DNA of 64,000 nt from IMG/VR virus record IMGVR_UViG_3300020432_000004; one strand, 5' to 3'. This DNA is from a virus (Duplodnaviria > Caudoviricetes). A program made the position numbers and the translations under genes. The notes under the pieces were generated by a model, which saw nothing but the letters and a program-made list of their open reading frames with translations, was not told the origin of the DNA and did no database searches. Positions 19,040 through 29,800 of this stretch are shown here, in pieces; position 1 is the stretch's first letter; the number at the start of each line of letters is the position of its first letter.

Positions 19040-22000
19040 TGGCACAAAATACTAATCTAAACGTAACACCGTATTACGACGACTTTGATAAAGCAAAGAA
19101 CTTTTATCGAGTATTGTTTCGTCCTGGTTTTCCAATACAGGCAAGAGAACTAACACAGTCTCAATCAATTCTACAAAATCAAATTGAGAATATGGGAACC
19201 CATCTATTTAAAGATGGTTCTATGGTTATACCTGGTCAAGTTGGTTATGACTTGAATGTAGATGCCATAATGGTTCAAGAGTCTTTCTTAGGTGCAGACG
19301 TAGAGAGTTATAGAAATCAGATTACAGGAAAAATTATTACAGGTTTGACATCAGGTGTTAAAGCAAAAGTGCTTTATAGTATTTCATCTGCTCAGTCAGA
19401 CAAAGGATATATTACACTGTATATTAAGTACATTGAATCAGGTGGAGAAGAAAATAATCAAACTACATTTACTAATAATGAACAGTTAATTACAGATACA
19501 GAAATAACTTTTGGAACCACTCTTATTGAAGTAGGATCACCATTTGCACAATTACTACCTACAGCAGCAACACAAGTTGGATCTGTAGCATATGTGCAGG
19601 AAGGTGTTTACTTTATTAGAGGTTTCTTTGTAGACGTTCCTTATCAGTACATTCTCCTTGATCAATATGGAAGTAACCCCAAATACAGAATCGGACTTGA
19701 GATCCTTGAATCAATCATCACCCCAGAAGATGACTTATCACTCAATGATAACGCTGCAGGAACATCTAATTATGCTGCTCCTGGTTCTCACAGGTTCAGA
19801 ATAACAACTAACCTTGTCAAGAAATTACTTACAGACGAGGCAGATAAAGACTTTATTGAATTACTACGTATCAATGGTAATAAAATTGAGAAATTAGTTG
19901 ATCGTAGTGCATATGATGAACTAGAAAAATCTCTTGCAACTAGAACTTACGAAGAATCTGGTGACTATGTTGTTAGTGATTTCCAAATTAATATGAGAGA
20001 GAACCTAAATGATGGGTTCAATAATGGTGTTTATGAATCAGGTGATACAACTGCTCAAGGTAATAGTGCTGCAGAAAGCATGTATGCTATTGAGTTTGGT
20101 CCTGGTACTGCATATGTTAGAGGATATAGACTTAAAACTTTATCTCCAACTTATGTTGACTTAGCAAAACCAAGAGATACAGAAGCTGCTCAGAACACAA
20201 TTATACCATTTACATTAGGTAACTACTCTAAGATTCAAAATCTATATGGATTTGTTAATACAGCAGGTTCTACTATTGGTAATGCATATCAGACAGTAGA
20301 ATTACATGATAGATTTACAGCAACACCAGGTGATGCTGTTGGTAATTTAATTGGATATGCACGTGTAGCATCTCTAGAATTTTTACAAGATCCTGATAGT
20401 AATTTTGGTGATGCTGATGACAAATATAATATGCATTTGTTTGATGTTCAAATGTTCACTGTATTACATTTGGCAAGTGCACAAACAATTAGTACTGGTG
20501 CTGCTGATCAAAGAGGAACTTTAGTTGTTGGTAAATCATCAGGTGCAAGAGGATATCTAATTGATAACGTTGCTTCTGCTACTCACTTAAATCTTTATCA
20601 AGTTGAAGGAAACTTCCAGAAAGGTGAGATGGTAACTGTAGATGGTTTGAACTTAGATACTATCACTAACATGCACCAATATGTGTATTCAGATACTAGA
20701 CAGGTTCTTGCTAGAGATGAAAATACACAAGCTGTTGAATTTACTGCAGATATTATATTAGAAGATCTTAAGTTTGTTCAAGGTGCTACATTCACTTATG
20801 ATGCTACAAGTAGTAATGAAAAAATTACTGGTTTAAATTCAAACTTTGCTGCTGATTTAAGACCTGGCGATAGATTATATTTCTCTGAAACAAAATATGT
20901 TGATGTAGATTTTGTTGATCCTACAAACTTAGCATCATCTAATAATTCAACAATCTTTACTTACTCTACTCAAGTAGTAAACGTTACACCTGGTGCAGGT
21001 TCTGCAGGTCCTACTGGAGGAACTTATAATACAATCCTACGTTATAGAGCAAAACTTTGGGAAACAGAGAAGGCAACACTTCTTAAGCAAATGCCTAAAC
21101 CATATGTTAAGAGCATCTCTGATGAATCTATGGTTGTTAGAAGAACTTTTGATAACCAAACTGTTGCTGCAAACGCTATATCAATTACTCTACCTGAGAA
21201 TGAACAGTTCCAAGCAATTACAAACTCTGCATATTCATTCACAGTTATGGGTAGTACATCATCTGCATATCCTGTAGGTGCACAAATTCCTATTGACACT
21301 GTAAATACTGGTGCTATTGGTTATACAACATTTACATCTGCTGATAGAACTACAATTCAGATAACAAACTTAGATGTAACAGGTGATGCAGGTGCAATTA
21401 CATCTGTTAAAGTTACAGCATCTGTTTCTAAGAACGTTACTGCTAAGAAAACAAAATCACCTTATAACATGTTTGTATTGAAGGTGAATCAAACTGTTTC
21501 TAATTTAGATAAGCAAAATTATGGTCTTACATATTCTGGAGTATACGGAACTAGAATTGAAGATGTAGATCTATCATTAGGTATAACAGACGTATTTAAT
21601 ATACATGCTGTATATGAGTCACTAGATGACGCTGATCCTATTCTTCCATCTATTACTTTAGTTGAACCAACATTCTTTGAAACTAAGAGTATTGTTACAG
21701 GTAAAACATCTGGTGCGAGAGCAAGAGTTGTTGACTTTAACTCAAGTACTTTAAAACTATCCATAGTTTATTTGAGTGGACAATTCATATCTGGTGAAAC
21801 AGTTGATGGATTTAATAGTAGTAATATTGCTATTCAAGGTATTATTAATGACTCTGTAGGATCTATTGTTGCAGGATCTAAAGTTATTACAGATCGTTAT
21901 GAATTAGAAACTGGTCAAACAGGATTTATCTATGGTATATCTAAACTTGTAAGAAAGAAAGGTGTTGCAAAACCAATTAGAAAACTAAAAATTGTTTTAG

Positions 22001-25000
22001 ATTACTATTCTCACGCTGCAACTGGAGATTACTTTGCAGGTCAATCATATTTGGATACACCATATGCAGACGTTCCTTATTATCAAGAGAAATTCCTACC
22101 TGATTTCTTAGACTTTAGACCAGGTGTTAAAAACTTATTTACAGGAACTGGAACAGTTTCATCTCCTGCATATGTTAATGCTGCTACACTAGACTTTAAG
22201 CATAGAACATTCCCAACTGCAGGTAGTCCTGCTGCTACATTGTTTGACGTACCTAAAGTCAATAGTGATTTCAGATGTGACTTTGATTGGTATCTTCCTA
22301 GAGTTGATAAGTTATACTTACTACCTACTGGAGAGTTCCAAGTTGTTAAAGGTAAGTCAGAACAAAGACCTTCTCCTCCAGACGATCTACAAGATGGTAT
22401 GTTACTAGCAACGTTGCTACACGCACCATATGGTTTTGATCCTGCATCTGATGTTGTTATACAGAAATCTGATAATAGACGTTACACAATGCGTGACATT
22501 GGTAAGATAGAAAAACGTCTTGATCAAGTTGAATACTATACATCTCTTAATATGTTAGAGAGTGATACATTCAACGTTGAAATTACTGATGCATCTGGTA
22601 AGAATCGTTTAAAGAATGGATTTATTGTAGATGATTTTACAGATCATTCTAAGTCAAGTACAACTAACCCAGATTTTGCTGCTGCATTAAGTTACTCTGA
22701 TGGAACAGCACAACCTTCACACTATACTACAAATACAGCATTATTAATAAATGAGTCTTTATCTCAAGGTTATAGAAAAACAGGACCTCTGATTACATTA
22801 CCATATGAAGAAATACCATTAATTACACAATCATATGCATCTCGTGTTGAGAACGTTAACCCATTCAACGTATTTACATACATTGGACGTATTGACCTAA
22901 CACCTGCTAGTGATGACTGGGTAGATACAAATCGTCTTCCTGTTAATGTCATTGACGTTGAAGGTGATTTTGAAGCAACTAGCAGAGCGATGAATGTAGA
23001 TCAATCTGGTTTTGCTCCTATTCAATGGGGTTCATGGAATACTAACTGGAGTGGAGAATCCACAGGTGCATGGAGTAGATGGAGAGAACATACATTTGCT
23101 AACTTTGTTCGTGGTAGAGGTCGTCGTGTTATGGGATCAAGAACCATTACGACTACAACTAACCAGACTAGAAGAGGTATTAGAAGTAGAGTAGTTCCTA
23201 GGATTGATCGTCAATCTATGGGTGATAGAACTGTATCTTCAACTTCTATTCCTTGGATACGTTCTAGAAATATTGATGTAACTGTTGCTAGAATGAAACC
23301 AAGAACTACATTCTATTCATTCTTTGATGGAACTAAGATTGGTGATTATATGATGCCAAAAGTTCTTGAAGTTATTAAAGATCCTTCTACAGATAGTAGA
23401 ACAAACTCAACACCATTTGTGATTGGTGAAACAGTTAGAGGTCTAACAAGTGGTGCTAGATTTAGAGTTTCTGCACCTAACGACTTCTTTACATGGAATC
23501 CATATGATGATACTGATATGCCTTCATCATATTCTTCAACTACAAACTTTATTAATGTTGATACAGACTCTCTTGCTGCACAGGCAGTTGGACAATATTA
23601 CGGTAATATTCAAGTAGGTGAAGTACTAGTTGGAACATCAGGTGCACGAGCAGTTGTGCGTGATCGTAGATTAATGACTGATAGATTAGGACAATGGAAA
23701 GGTTCACTATTCATTCCTCCTCCTCAAATTAGTACAAATCCACGTTGGCAAACTGGTAGTAGATTATTAAGGTTAACAACACATCCAGAAGATGCTAGAA
23801 CTGGTGGAGCAGTTGCTTCTGCTGCACAAACAGAATACGCTGCAAAAGGAACTTTAAATACATTACAAGAAAACGTTCTTGCTATTAGAAACGCAGACAT
23901 TGTTCAAGATACAGTAACACAAGATAGAACAGTACAAACAACTAGAACTGAGACACGTCAGGTTGGTTGGTGGGATCCACTTGCTCAATCATTCTTGGTT
24001 GATGAAGAAGGTGGTGTATTCTTAACTTCTGTTGATGTTTACTTTAACTCTAAAGATGGCAACATTCCTATCTCAATGCAGATTAGAACAATGTCAAATG
24101 GTTATCCAACAACATCTATTCTTCCTTTCTCTGATGTTACAGTAACTCCTGATACTATCCAGACATCTGAAACTGGTGCTATAGCAACTAAGTTTACGTT
24201 CCAAGCACCTGTTTATATTCCACAGTCTATTGAGCATTGCTTTGTTCTATTCTCAGACTCTAATGAATATCAGGTTTGGATTTCTAGAATGGGTGAATTA
24301 GATATTACTGGAGACAGAACTATATCTGAGCAACCATATGCAGGTGTGTTATTCAAATCACAAAACGCATCTACTTGGACTGCTGACCAGTATGAAGATC
24401 TTAAATTTATTATTTACAAAGCGGTATTCGATACTAATACTGTAAGTCAATTAACGTTGAACAATGCTCCTCTAGACTTAGGTAATGGTGGTAAGATTGT
24501 ATTAAGAACTGATCCAGTACAAACATATCAACCAGAGTTACAACTAGTAATGAATGCTGTAAACAGTGTTTTACCTTATACAGTTGGTGCTCGTGTGTAT
24601 CAGAAAACAACTCTTGCACAAGGAACAGTTAAGGAAGTTACAGACAGTAATGCAGGTGTTCTTCTAACTATCAATGATATATCAGGAACATGGCAAGCAG
24701 GTTCATCAACTGGTGGAACAATTATTAATAGATTAGTATCTTCCAAGACTACTGCTACTATGACAGTAAGTAGTGCATCTGGTGACTTTACAGTTGGAGA
24801 AACTATTACAGGTAACAGTGCTGCTGCTCCAACTGCAGAGGTTGTTAGTTGGACAGATAATGGTGGAGGAAATGGATCGTTAACACTTAAGTATGTGTCA
24901 ACAACCTTTACTACAACTACAGAACAAATTAGTGGTGGAACATCTGGTAAAACTGCTACTGTTGCAAGTATCAGTTATGCAGGTGATAACGTATCTTCTT

Positions 25001-26268
25001 CAACTGTTCAAGATGCTTTCCCAAGTAGCACACCAACATACACAACATCACAAAGAAGAGTAACAGTACAACATTCACATCATGGTATGCATGATACTGA
25101 TAACAATGTTGTTATTGAGGGTGTTAAATCTGAAGTATCACCAACATACTTGACATCATCTATATCTGATTCAGATACAACTATACAAGTTAATGATGCT
25201 ACTGCGTTCCACACTGTTATTAATGGTGCAAACGTAGGTTCTCTAAACTTAGGTTATATTAAGATTGAAGATGAGATTATGTCTTACACAGGAATTAGTG
25301 GAACTGGTAAAACTATTACTATTAATGAAAGAGGATTAGCAGGAACTACTGCTGTAAGTCACGCTGATGAAACAGATGTAGAATGCTATAACTTAGATGG
25401 TATTCCTCTAATTGAAATTAATAAGACTCATAATAATATTATGAATCCTACCTTAGATAGTTACGATCTTGCAACTTCATCTATTGCTAGGTTGGGTATT
25501 AGGTCAGGTGATAACCATGTTATTGCATCACAAAATATTCAGTATGAGATCATTTCTCCTCAGATTCAGAGAATGACTCTACCTAAGACACAGATTACTG
25601 CAAGAGTTAACACTATTACAGGTACATCTATTAATGATGGAAATGCATTATCACAAAATTCATTCAGTAATACTGGTGAGTTCTATGATGTAAACCTAGG
25701 TGAGGACAACTACTTTGTTGCTCCACAGTTGATATGTTCTGCTATCAATGAGTCTGCTGAATTAAGTGGTGCCAAGTCATTTAGACTTGACTTAACAATG
25801 TTCAGTGAAATGGATAACGTAACTCCTGTTGTTGATACTGACAGAATGTCTATCACTACAATCAGTAATAGAATCAATGCTCCTAGTGATACTACCACCG
25901 CTACATTACCAGTTGGTGATGAACATAACGGTGTTTATATTACTAAGGTTGCTGATCTAACTAATCCATCATCCTCTATTAAATTAATGTTTGCGGGTTA
26001 TCGTCCATCTAACACTCACATTAAACCTCTATATAGAGTATTACCCTCTGGATCTACTGATCCAATCGAAAGTTTAGGATGGCAGTATTTTGATACTCAA
26101 GATGCTAAGATTCCAGATACTACTGAGGAAGTAGAATTTTTCGATTATGAGTATGAAGTCACTGGTTTAGACTTCTCACAATATCAAATTAAGATAGTGT
26201 TCGTATCTCCAAACCAAGCATACTCACCAGTCATTAGAGATCTAAGAGCAATCGCCCTTGCTGTATAA
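19039..26268 (+). CDS. VrlC-like / DUF4815 large virion structural protein
   Basis: N-terminus PYYDDFD..KNFYRVLFRPGFPIQARELTQ, internal KNGFIVDDF and DPLAQSF, C-terminus DLRAIAL. Confidence 0.85.
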   Translation: MAQNTNLNVTPYYDDFDKAKNFYRVLFRPGFPIQARELTQSQSILQNQIENMGTHLFKDGSMVIPGQVGYDLNVDAIMVQESFLGADVESYRNQITGKIITGLTSGVKAKVLYSISSAQSDKGYITLYIKYIESGGEENNQTTFTNNEQLITDTEITFGTTLIEVGSPFAQLLPTAATQVGSVAYVQEGVYFIRGFFVDVPYQYILLDQYGSNPKYRIGLEILESIITPEDDLSLNDNAAGTSNYAAPGSHRFRITTNLVKKLLTDEADKDFIELLRINGNKIEKLVDRSAYDELEKSLATRTYEESGDYVVSDFQINMRENLNDGFNNGVYESGDTTAQGNSAAESMYAIEFGPGTAYVRGYRLKTLSPTYVDLAKPRDTEAAQNTIIPFTLGNYSKIQNLYGFVNTAGSTIGNAYQTVELHDRFTATPGDAVGNLIGYARVASLEFLQDPDSNFGDADDKYNMHLFDVQMFTVLHLASAQTISTGAADQRGTLVVGKSSGARGYLIDNVASATHLNLYQVEGNFQKGEMVTVDGLNLDTITNMHQYVYSDTRQVLARDENTQAVEFTADIILEDLKFVQGATFTYDATSSNEKITGLNSNFAADLRPGDRLYFSETKYVDVDFVDPTNLASSNNSTIFTYSTQVVNVTPGAGSAGPTGGTYNTILRYRAKLWETEKATLLKQMPKPYVKSISDESMVVRRTFDNQTVAANAISITLPENEQFQAITNSAYSFTVMGSTSSAYPVGAQIPIDTVNTGAIGYTTFTSADRTTIQITNLDVTGDAGAITSVKVTASVSKNVTAKKTKSPYNMFVLKVNQTVSNLDKQNYGLTYSGVYGTRIEDVDLSLGITDVFNIHAVYESLDDADPILPSITLVEPTFFETKSIVTGKTSGARARVVDFNSSTLKLSIVYLSGQFISGETVDGFNSSNIAIQGIINDSVGSIVAGSKVITDRYELETGQTGFIYGISKLVRKKGVAKPIRKLKIVLDYYSHAATGDYFAGQSYLDTPYADVPYYQEKFLPDFLDFRPGVKNLFTGTGTVSSPAYVNAATLDFKHRTFPTAGSPAATLFDVPKVNSDFRCDFDWYLPRVDKLYLLPTGEFQVVKGKSEQRPSPPDDLQDGMLLATLLHAPYGFDPASDVVIQKSDNRRYTMRDIGKIEKRLDQVEYYTSLNMLESDTFNVEITDASGKNRLKNGFIVDDFTDHSKSSTTNPDFAAALSYSDGTAQPSHYTTNTALLINESLSQGYRKTGPLITLPYEEIPLITQSYASRVENVNPFNVFTYIGRIDLTPASDDWVDTNRLPVNVIDVEGDFEATSRAMNVDQSGFAPIQWGSWNTNWSGESTGAWSRWREHTFANFVRGRGRRVMGSRTITTTTNQTRRGIRSRVVPRIDRQSMGDRTVSSTSIPWIRSRNIDVTVARMKPRTTFYSFFDGTKIGDYMMPKVLEVIKDPSTDSRTNSTPFVIGETVRGLTSGARFRVSAPNDFFTWNPYDDTDMPSSYSSTTNFINVDTDSLAAQAVGQYYGNIQVGEVLVGTSGARAVVRDRRLMTDRLGQWKGSLFIPPPQISTNPRWQTGSRLLRLTTHPEDARTGGAVASAAQTEYAAKGTLNTLQENVLAIRNADIVQDTVTQDRTVQTTRTETRQVGWWDPLAQSFLVDEEGGVFLTSVDVYFNSKDGNIPISMQIRTMSNGYPTTSILPFSDVTVTPDTIQTSETGAIATKFTFQAPVYIPQSIEHCFVLFSDSNEYQVWISRMGELDITGDRTISEQPYAGVLFKSQNASTWTADQYEDLKFIIYKAVFDTNTVSQLTLNNAPLDLGNGGKIVLRTDPVQTYQPELQLVMNAVNSVLPYTVGARVYQKTTLAQGTVKEVTDSNAGVLLTINDISGTWQAGSSTGGTIINRLVSSKTTATMTVSSASGDFTVGETITGNSAAAPTAEVVSWTDNGGGNGSLTLKYVSTTFTTTTEQISGGTSGKTATVASISYAGDNVSSSTVQDAFPSSTPTYTTSQRRVTVQHSHHGMHDTDNNVVIEGVKSEVSPTYLTSSISDSDTTIQVNDATAFHTVINGANVGSLNLGYIKIEDEIMSYTGISGTGKTITINERGLAGTTAVSHADETDVECYNLDGIPLIEINKTHNNIMNPTLDSYDLATSSIARLGIRSGDNHVIASQNIQYEIISPQIQRMTLPKTQITARVNTITGTSINDGNALSQNSFSNTGEFYDVNLGEDNYFVAPQLICSAINESAELSGAKSFRLDLTMFSEMDNVTPVVDTDRMSITTISNRINAPSDTTTATLPVGDEHNGVYITKVADLTNPSSSIKLMFAGYRPSNTHIKPLYRVLPSGSTDPIESLGWQYFDTQDAKIPDTTEEVEFFDYEYEVTGLDFSQYQIKIVFVSPNQAYSPVIRDLRAIALAV

Positions 26269-26501
26269 TGAAAATCCCGATTAAAGACGGAGAGAAAAGA
26301 CTCGAAGGATGGTACAAGGATGATAGAACTGGAGCAATCCAGTGTTCTGACAAAGCGAAGTATGAACAATACATGAAGCAATATAGAGCAGAACAAAAGA
26401 AAGAACTTGATTTAGCCACTTTACAAAATGATGTTTCTGGTCTAAAATCAGAGTTAGATGAGATTAAATCTCTTCTGTTAACGTTAACAAAACAATCCTG
26501 A
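26268..26501 (+). CDS. Hypothetical protein (C-terminal coiled coil)
   Basis: Stop/start coupled to the upstream gene (TAATG); heptad-like C-terminus. Confidence 0.75.
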   Translation: MKIPIKDGEKRLEGWYKDDRTGAIQCSDKAKYEQYMKQYRAEQKKELDLATLQNDVSGLKSELDEIKSLLLTLTKQS

Positions 26502-26503
26502 TT

Positions 26504-26740
26504 ATGGAAAAAATAGGTCAAGACCAAATGTTGTCTCAATTTAAAGAGAGATATACAGGTCTGATAAATGAAAATCAGCAACTTGCTGAAAAAATTAAAC
26601 AAAATGAAGTGCAAGCACTAAAGCTTCAAGGTGCTATCGAAGCATTGGAGTATTACAATCCTCCCGAAGAGACTCCAGAATCACCCCCAGAAATACCTGC
26701 GGATGATATAGCTGATGAGTCTCCTGGTTTAACTGATTAA
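26504..26740 (+). CDS. Hypothetical coiled-coil protein with acidic tail (possible fibre chaperone)
   Basis: Tightly packed ORF followed by a terminator; LKLQGAIEALE heptads. Confidence 0.7.
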   Translation: MEKIGQDQMLSQFKERYTGLINENQQLAEKIKQNEVQALKLQGAIEALEYYNPPEETPESPPEIPADDIADESPGLTD

Positions 26741-26749
26741 TGATTTTTT

Positions 26750-26775
26750 AAGGGGGACACGAGTTCCCCTTTTTT
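26750..26775 (+). terminator. Rho-independent terminator
   Basis: AAGGGGGA-cacgag-TTCCCCTT stem followed by a T-run. Confidence 0.8.
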
Positions 26776-26780
26776 AGTGA

Positions 26781-26788
26781 CATAAATA
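26781..26788 (+). promoter_or_regulatory. Late promoter (CATAAATA)
   Basis: Directly after the terminator, upstream of the fibre gene. Confidence 0.75.
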
Positions 26789-26827
26789 ACTTGGAAGCAT
26801 GTTCTCATAAGGTTGTCCTAAAATAAA

Positions 26828-29800
26828 ATGGCAAATAGAATACAATTAAGAAGGGGTGGTGCTCAGGAATGGGCAAACGCAAACCCTACTCTTGCTCAAG
26901 GTGAATTGGGTATTGAGTTAGATACTGGTCGATTTAAGATAGGTGATGGTGTATCAGCATGGAATACCTTGCGATATGAAAGACCTGTTGAATCTATATC
27001 TAACACTGCAAACACTCTTGTACAAAGGGATGCTGATGGTAATTTTGCTGCAGGTGTTATAACTGCAACGTTGATTGGTAACGCTTCTACTGCTGCAAGA
27101 CTTTCATCAACTAGACAGATAACTTTATCTGACGACCTAAGTGCTACAGGAACATTTGACGGATCACAAAACTTAAACCTTGCTGCAGAACTTTCTTTAG
27201 TTTCAACACTCCCTCATTATGATGGAACATCTTCTTCATCTGGAACTTATAACAAAGTAACTGTAGACGCAAAAGGTAGAATTACTGCTGCACAAGACTT
27301 TACTACAAGTAACAATGGAACCCTTGCTGATTACGGTCTAGATGGGACTGTAGAGGGTGCTTCTGCTCAACCTTATGATTTAGACCTAGTTGCTGTTGCA
27401 GGTCTTACAACGACTGGTATTATCGCTAGAACTAGTGGTGGTGCTATGTCAACCAGAACCGTTACTGGAACTGCAGGAAAGATACAAATTAATAATGGTG
27501 CAGGTGTAAACGGTAACCCAACAATTAATTTAATTACTACAACTGTAGTACCTGGTGATTATAATACAGAGTCTTTGACATCTGTAAGTGCTGTAGGAAG
27601 TAATAGCGAACCATTTGGAACTGAGACTGTAAACGCAGTTAAGTTTACTGTTGACGAAGATGGTAGATTACAGTCATCTACAAACGTTCCTATTGCAACT
27701 GCTACAGAAGGTAGTAAGTATGGTGCATTTAATGGTGCTACCAATTATGTAAGATATAATATAATTGAAACAGGAGGTAAGGTATATCAAGCAATTCAAG
27801 ATATTAGTTCTGGAGGAGTTGCACCAACTCATGTAGATAGTTCTGATGCTAATGGTTGGAGATATCTCGCTGCTGCTGCAGTAGAACAAAAAGGATTAGC
27901 ATCATTTGCTCAAGAAGATTTTGATGTAGATTCAAATGGTCATGTTACTATTGCTCCTGCAGGTGTAGATAATACACAGATGCAAAATAATAGAATAGGT
28001 TTTGCAGATGGTAATACAGTAGAGAATTTTGAATTAGATCAAGAATTAACTGCAACAACTGGTTATAGAGGATTTAACTATCTTAATTATGTTAAGGTAA
28101 ACAATACTTCTGGTAGTCTATTATTTGGTGCAAACAATACAGGAGATAGTGGAAACGGAGAAGTTGATATTAATGTAAGAACTGTATTCAGTGATCCTGA
28201 TTTCATGTTCGATGGTGCAGGTACACAACAGATTGATAAAACTGGTGATGGTGATTTCAACATAGAACTCACACAAAACACTGCAGTAGATAGAAACCTA
28301 ACTGTATCTTCTACTAACGCAGGTTCTGGAACTAGCACATTAACATTATCTGCAGAAGATGTAGTAGATATTGATGCCACTGCTGCAACTGGAAAGGTAC
28401 ATATAGAAACAATGAGATTCCAAGCAGACCATATTGGTGCTGTTGGAGACATTTTAATTGACCCTAATGACGACAGAGATGTTAGTGGTCTAGTAACAAT
28501 TAGAGGAAACTTACAAGTAGATGGAACGACTACAACAGTTAATTCAACAGTCACAACGTTGGATGATCCAATCATTACTCTTGGCGGTGACACTGCTCCT
28601 GCTAGTGATGATGGTAAGGATAGGGGAGTTGAGTTCAGATATTATGACTCTCAAGCAAGACTTGGATTCTTCGGTTACGACGATTCGTATGCAGATCTCG
28701 GAGGACACTCAGGGGGATTCCGTTTTCTATATGATGCCACAAATATTGGAGAGGTATTTACAGGAACAGATGCAGGGGTCATTGCAGGAAATCTAAAACT
28801 TACAACTAATACTAATTCAACATCTAATACTACAGGAGATTTGGTAGTAGCAGGTGGTGTAGGTATAGGTGATGATGTTAATATTGGTGGAACAGTTGAT
28901 ATTGATACTAACTTAAGAACTCGTGGAACTACTAGATTTGATGACGAGGTAGTTATTCAAGGTGCTTCTAAGAACTTCATTATGAAGAACGGAAGTGGAA
29001 CTGCAAAAATTACTGCAGGATCTACAACTGGTAACATTACTATGGAAGGCATCCTTGCTGTTACAGGCAATGTAGATGTAAACACTGACAAGTTTAATAT
29101 AACAGCATCCTCTGGTAATACTGCTATTGCAGGTACTCTAGTAGTAAGTGATGCAACTACTATAAAGGCAGACAATAAGTTCTTCAAGATTCAAACTGCT
29201 GCAGCTGCAGATAAATTTACAGTTGATACAGACAACGGTAATACAGTTATATCTGGTGAGTTGAATGTTAACTCAGCTGTTGATCTTGATACAACATTAA
29301 ACGTAGATGGTGGTGCTACATTCCAAGACAATGTAACTATCAACGCTGATAACAAGATGTTTAAGATCCAGACAAATGGATCTGTTGATAAGTTTACAGT
29401 AGATAGTGATAATGGTAATACAGTTATTGCAGGTCAGTTAAATGTAAACTCAGCTGTTGATTTAGATAGCACTTTAAATGTTGATAACGCTTCTACATTC
29501 CAACACAATGTAACTATCAATGCTGACAATAAGATGTTCAAGATACAGAACAACTCAAACAGCGATAAGTTTACAGTAGATACTGACAACGGAAATACAA
29601 CTATACAAGGAACCGTTGATATTGTTGGTAACACAACTCTCACAAATAACTTTACAGTTAATGGTTCTCAAACAACTATTGGTAATGCTAATAGCGATGT
29701 TCTAACTGTTAATGCAGACGCAACATTTACAGATGATCTTACAGTAAATGCAACCGTTGACTTTGATTCAACTCTAAATGTTGATGGTCAAGCAACCTTC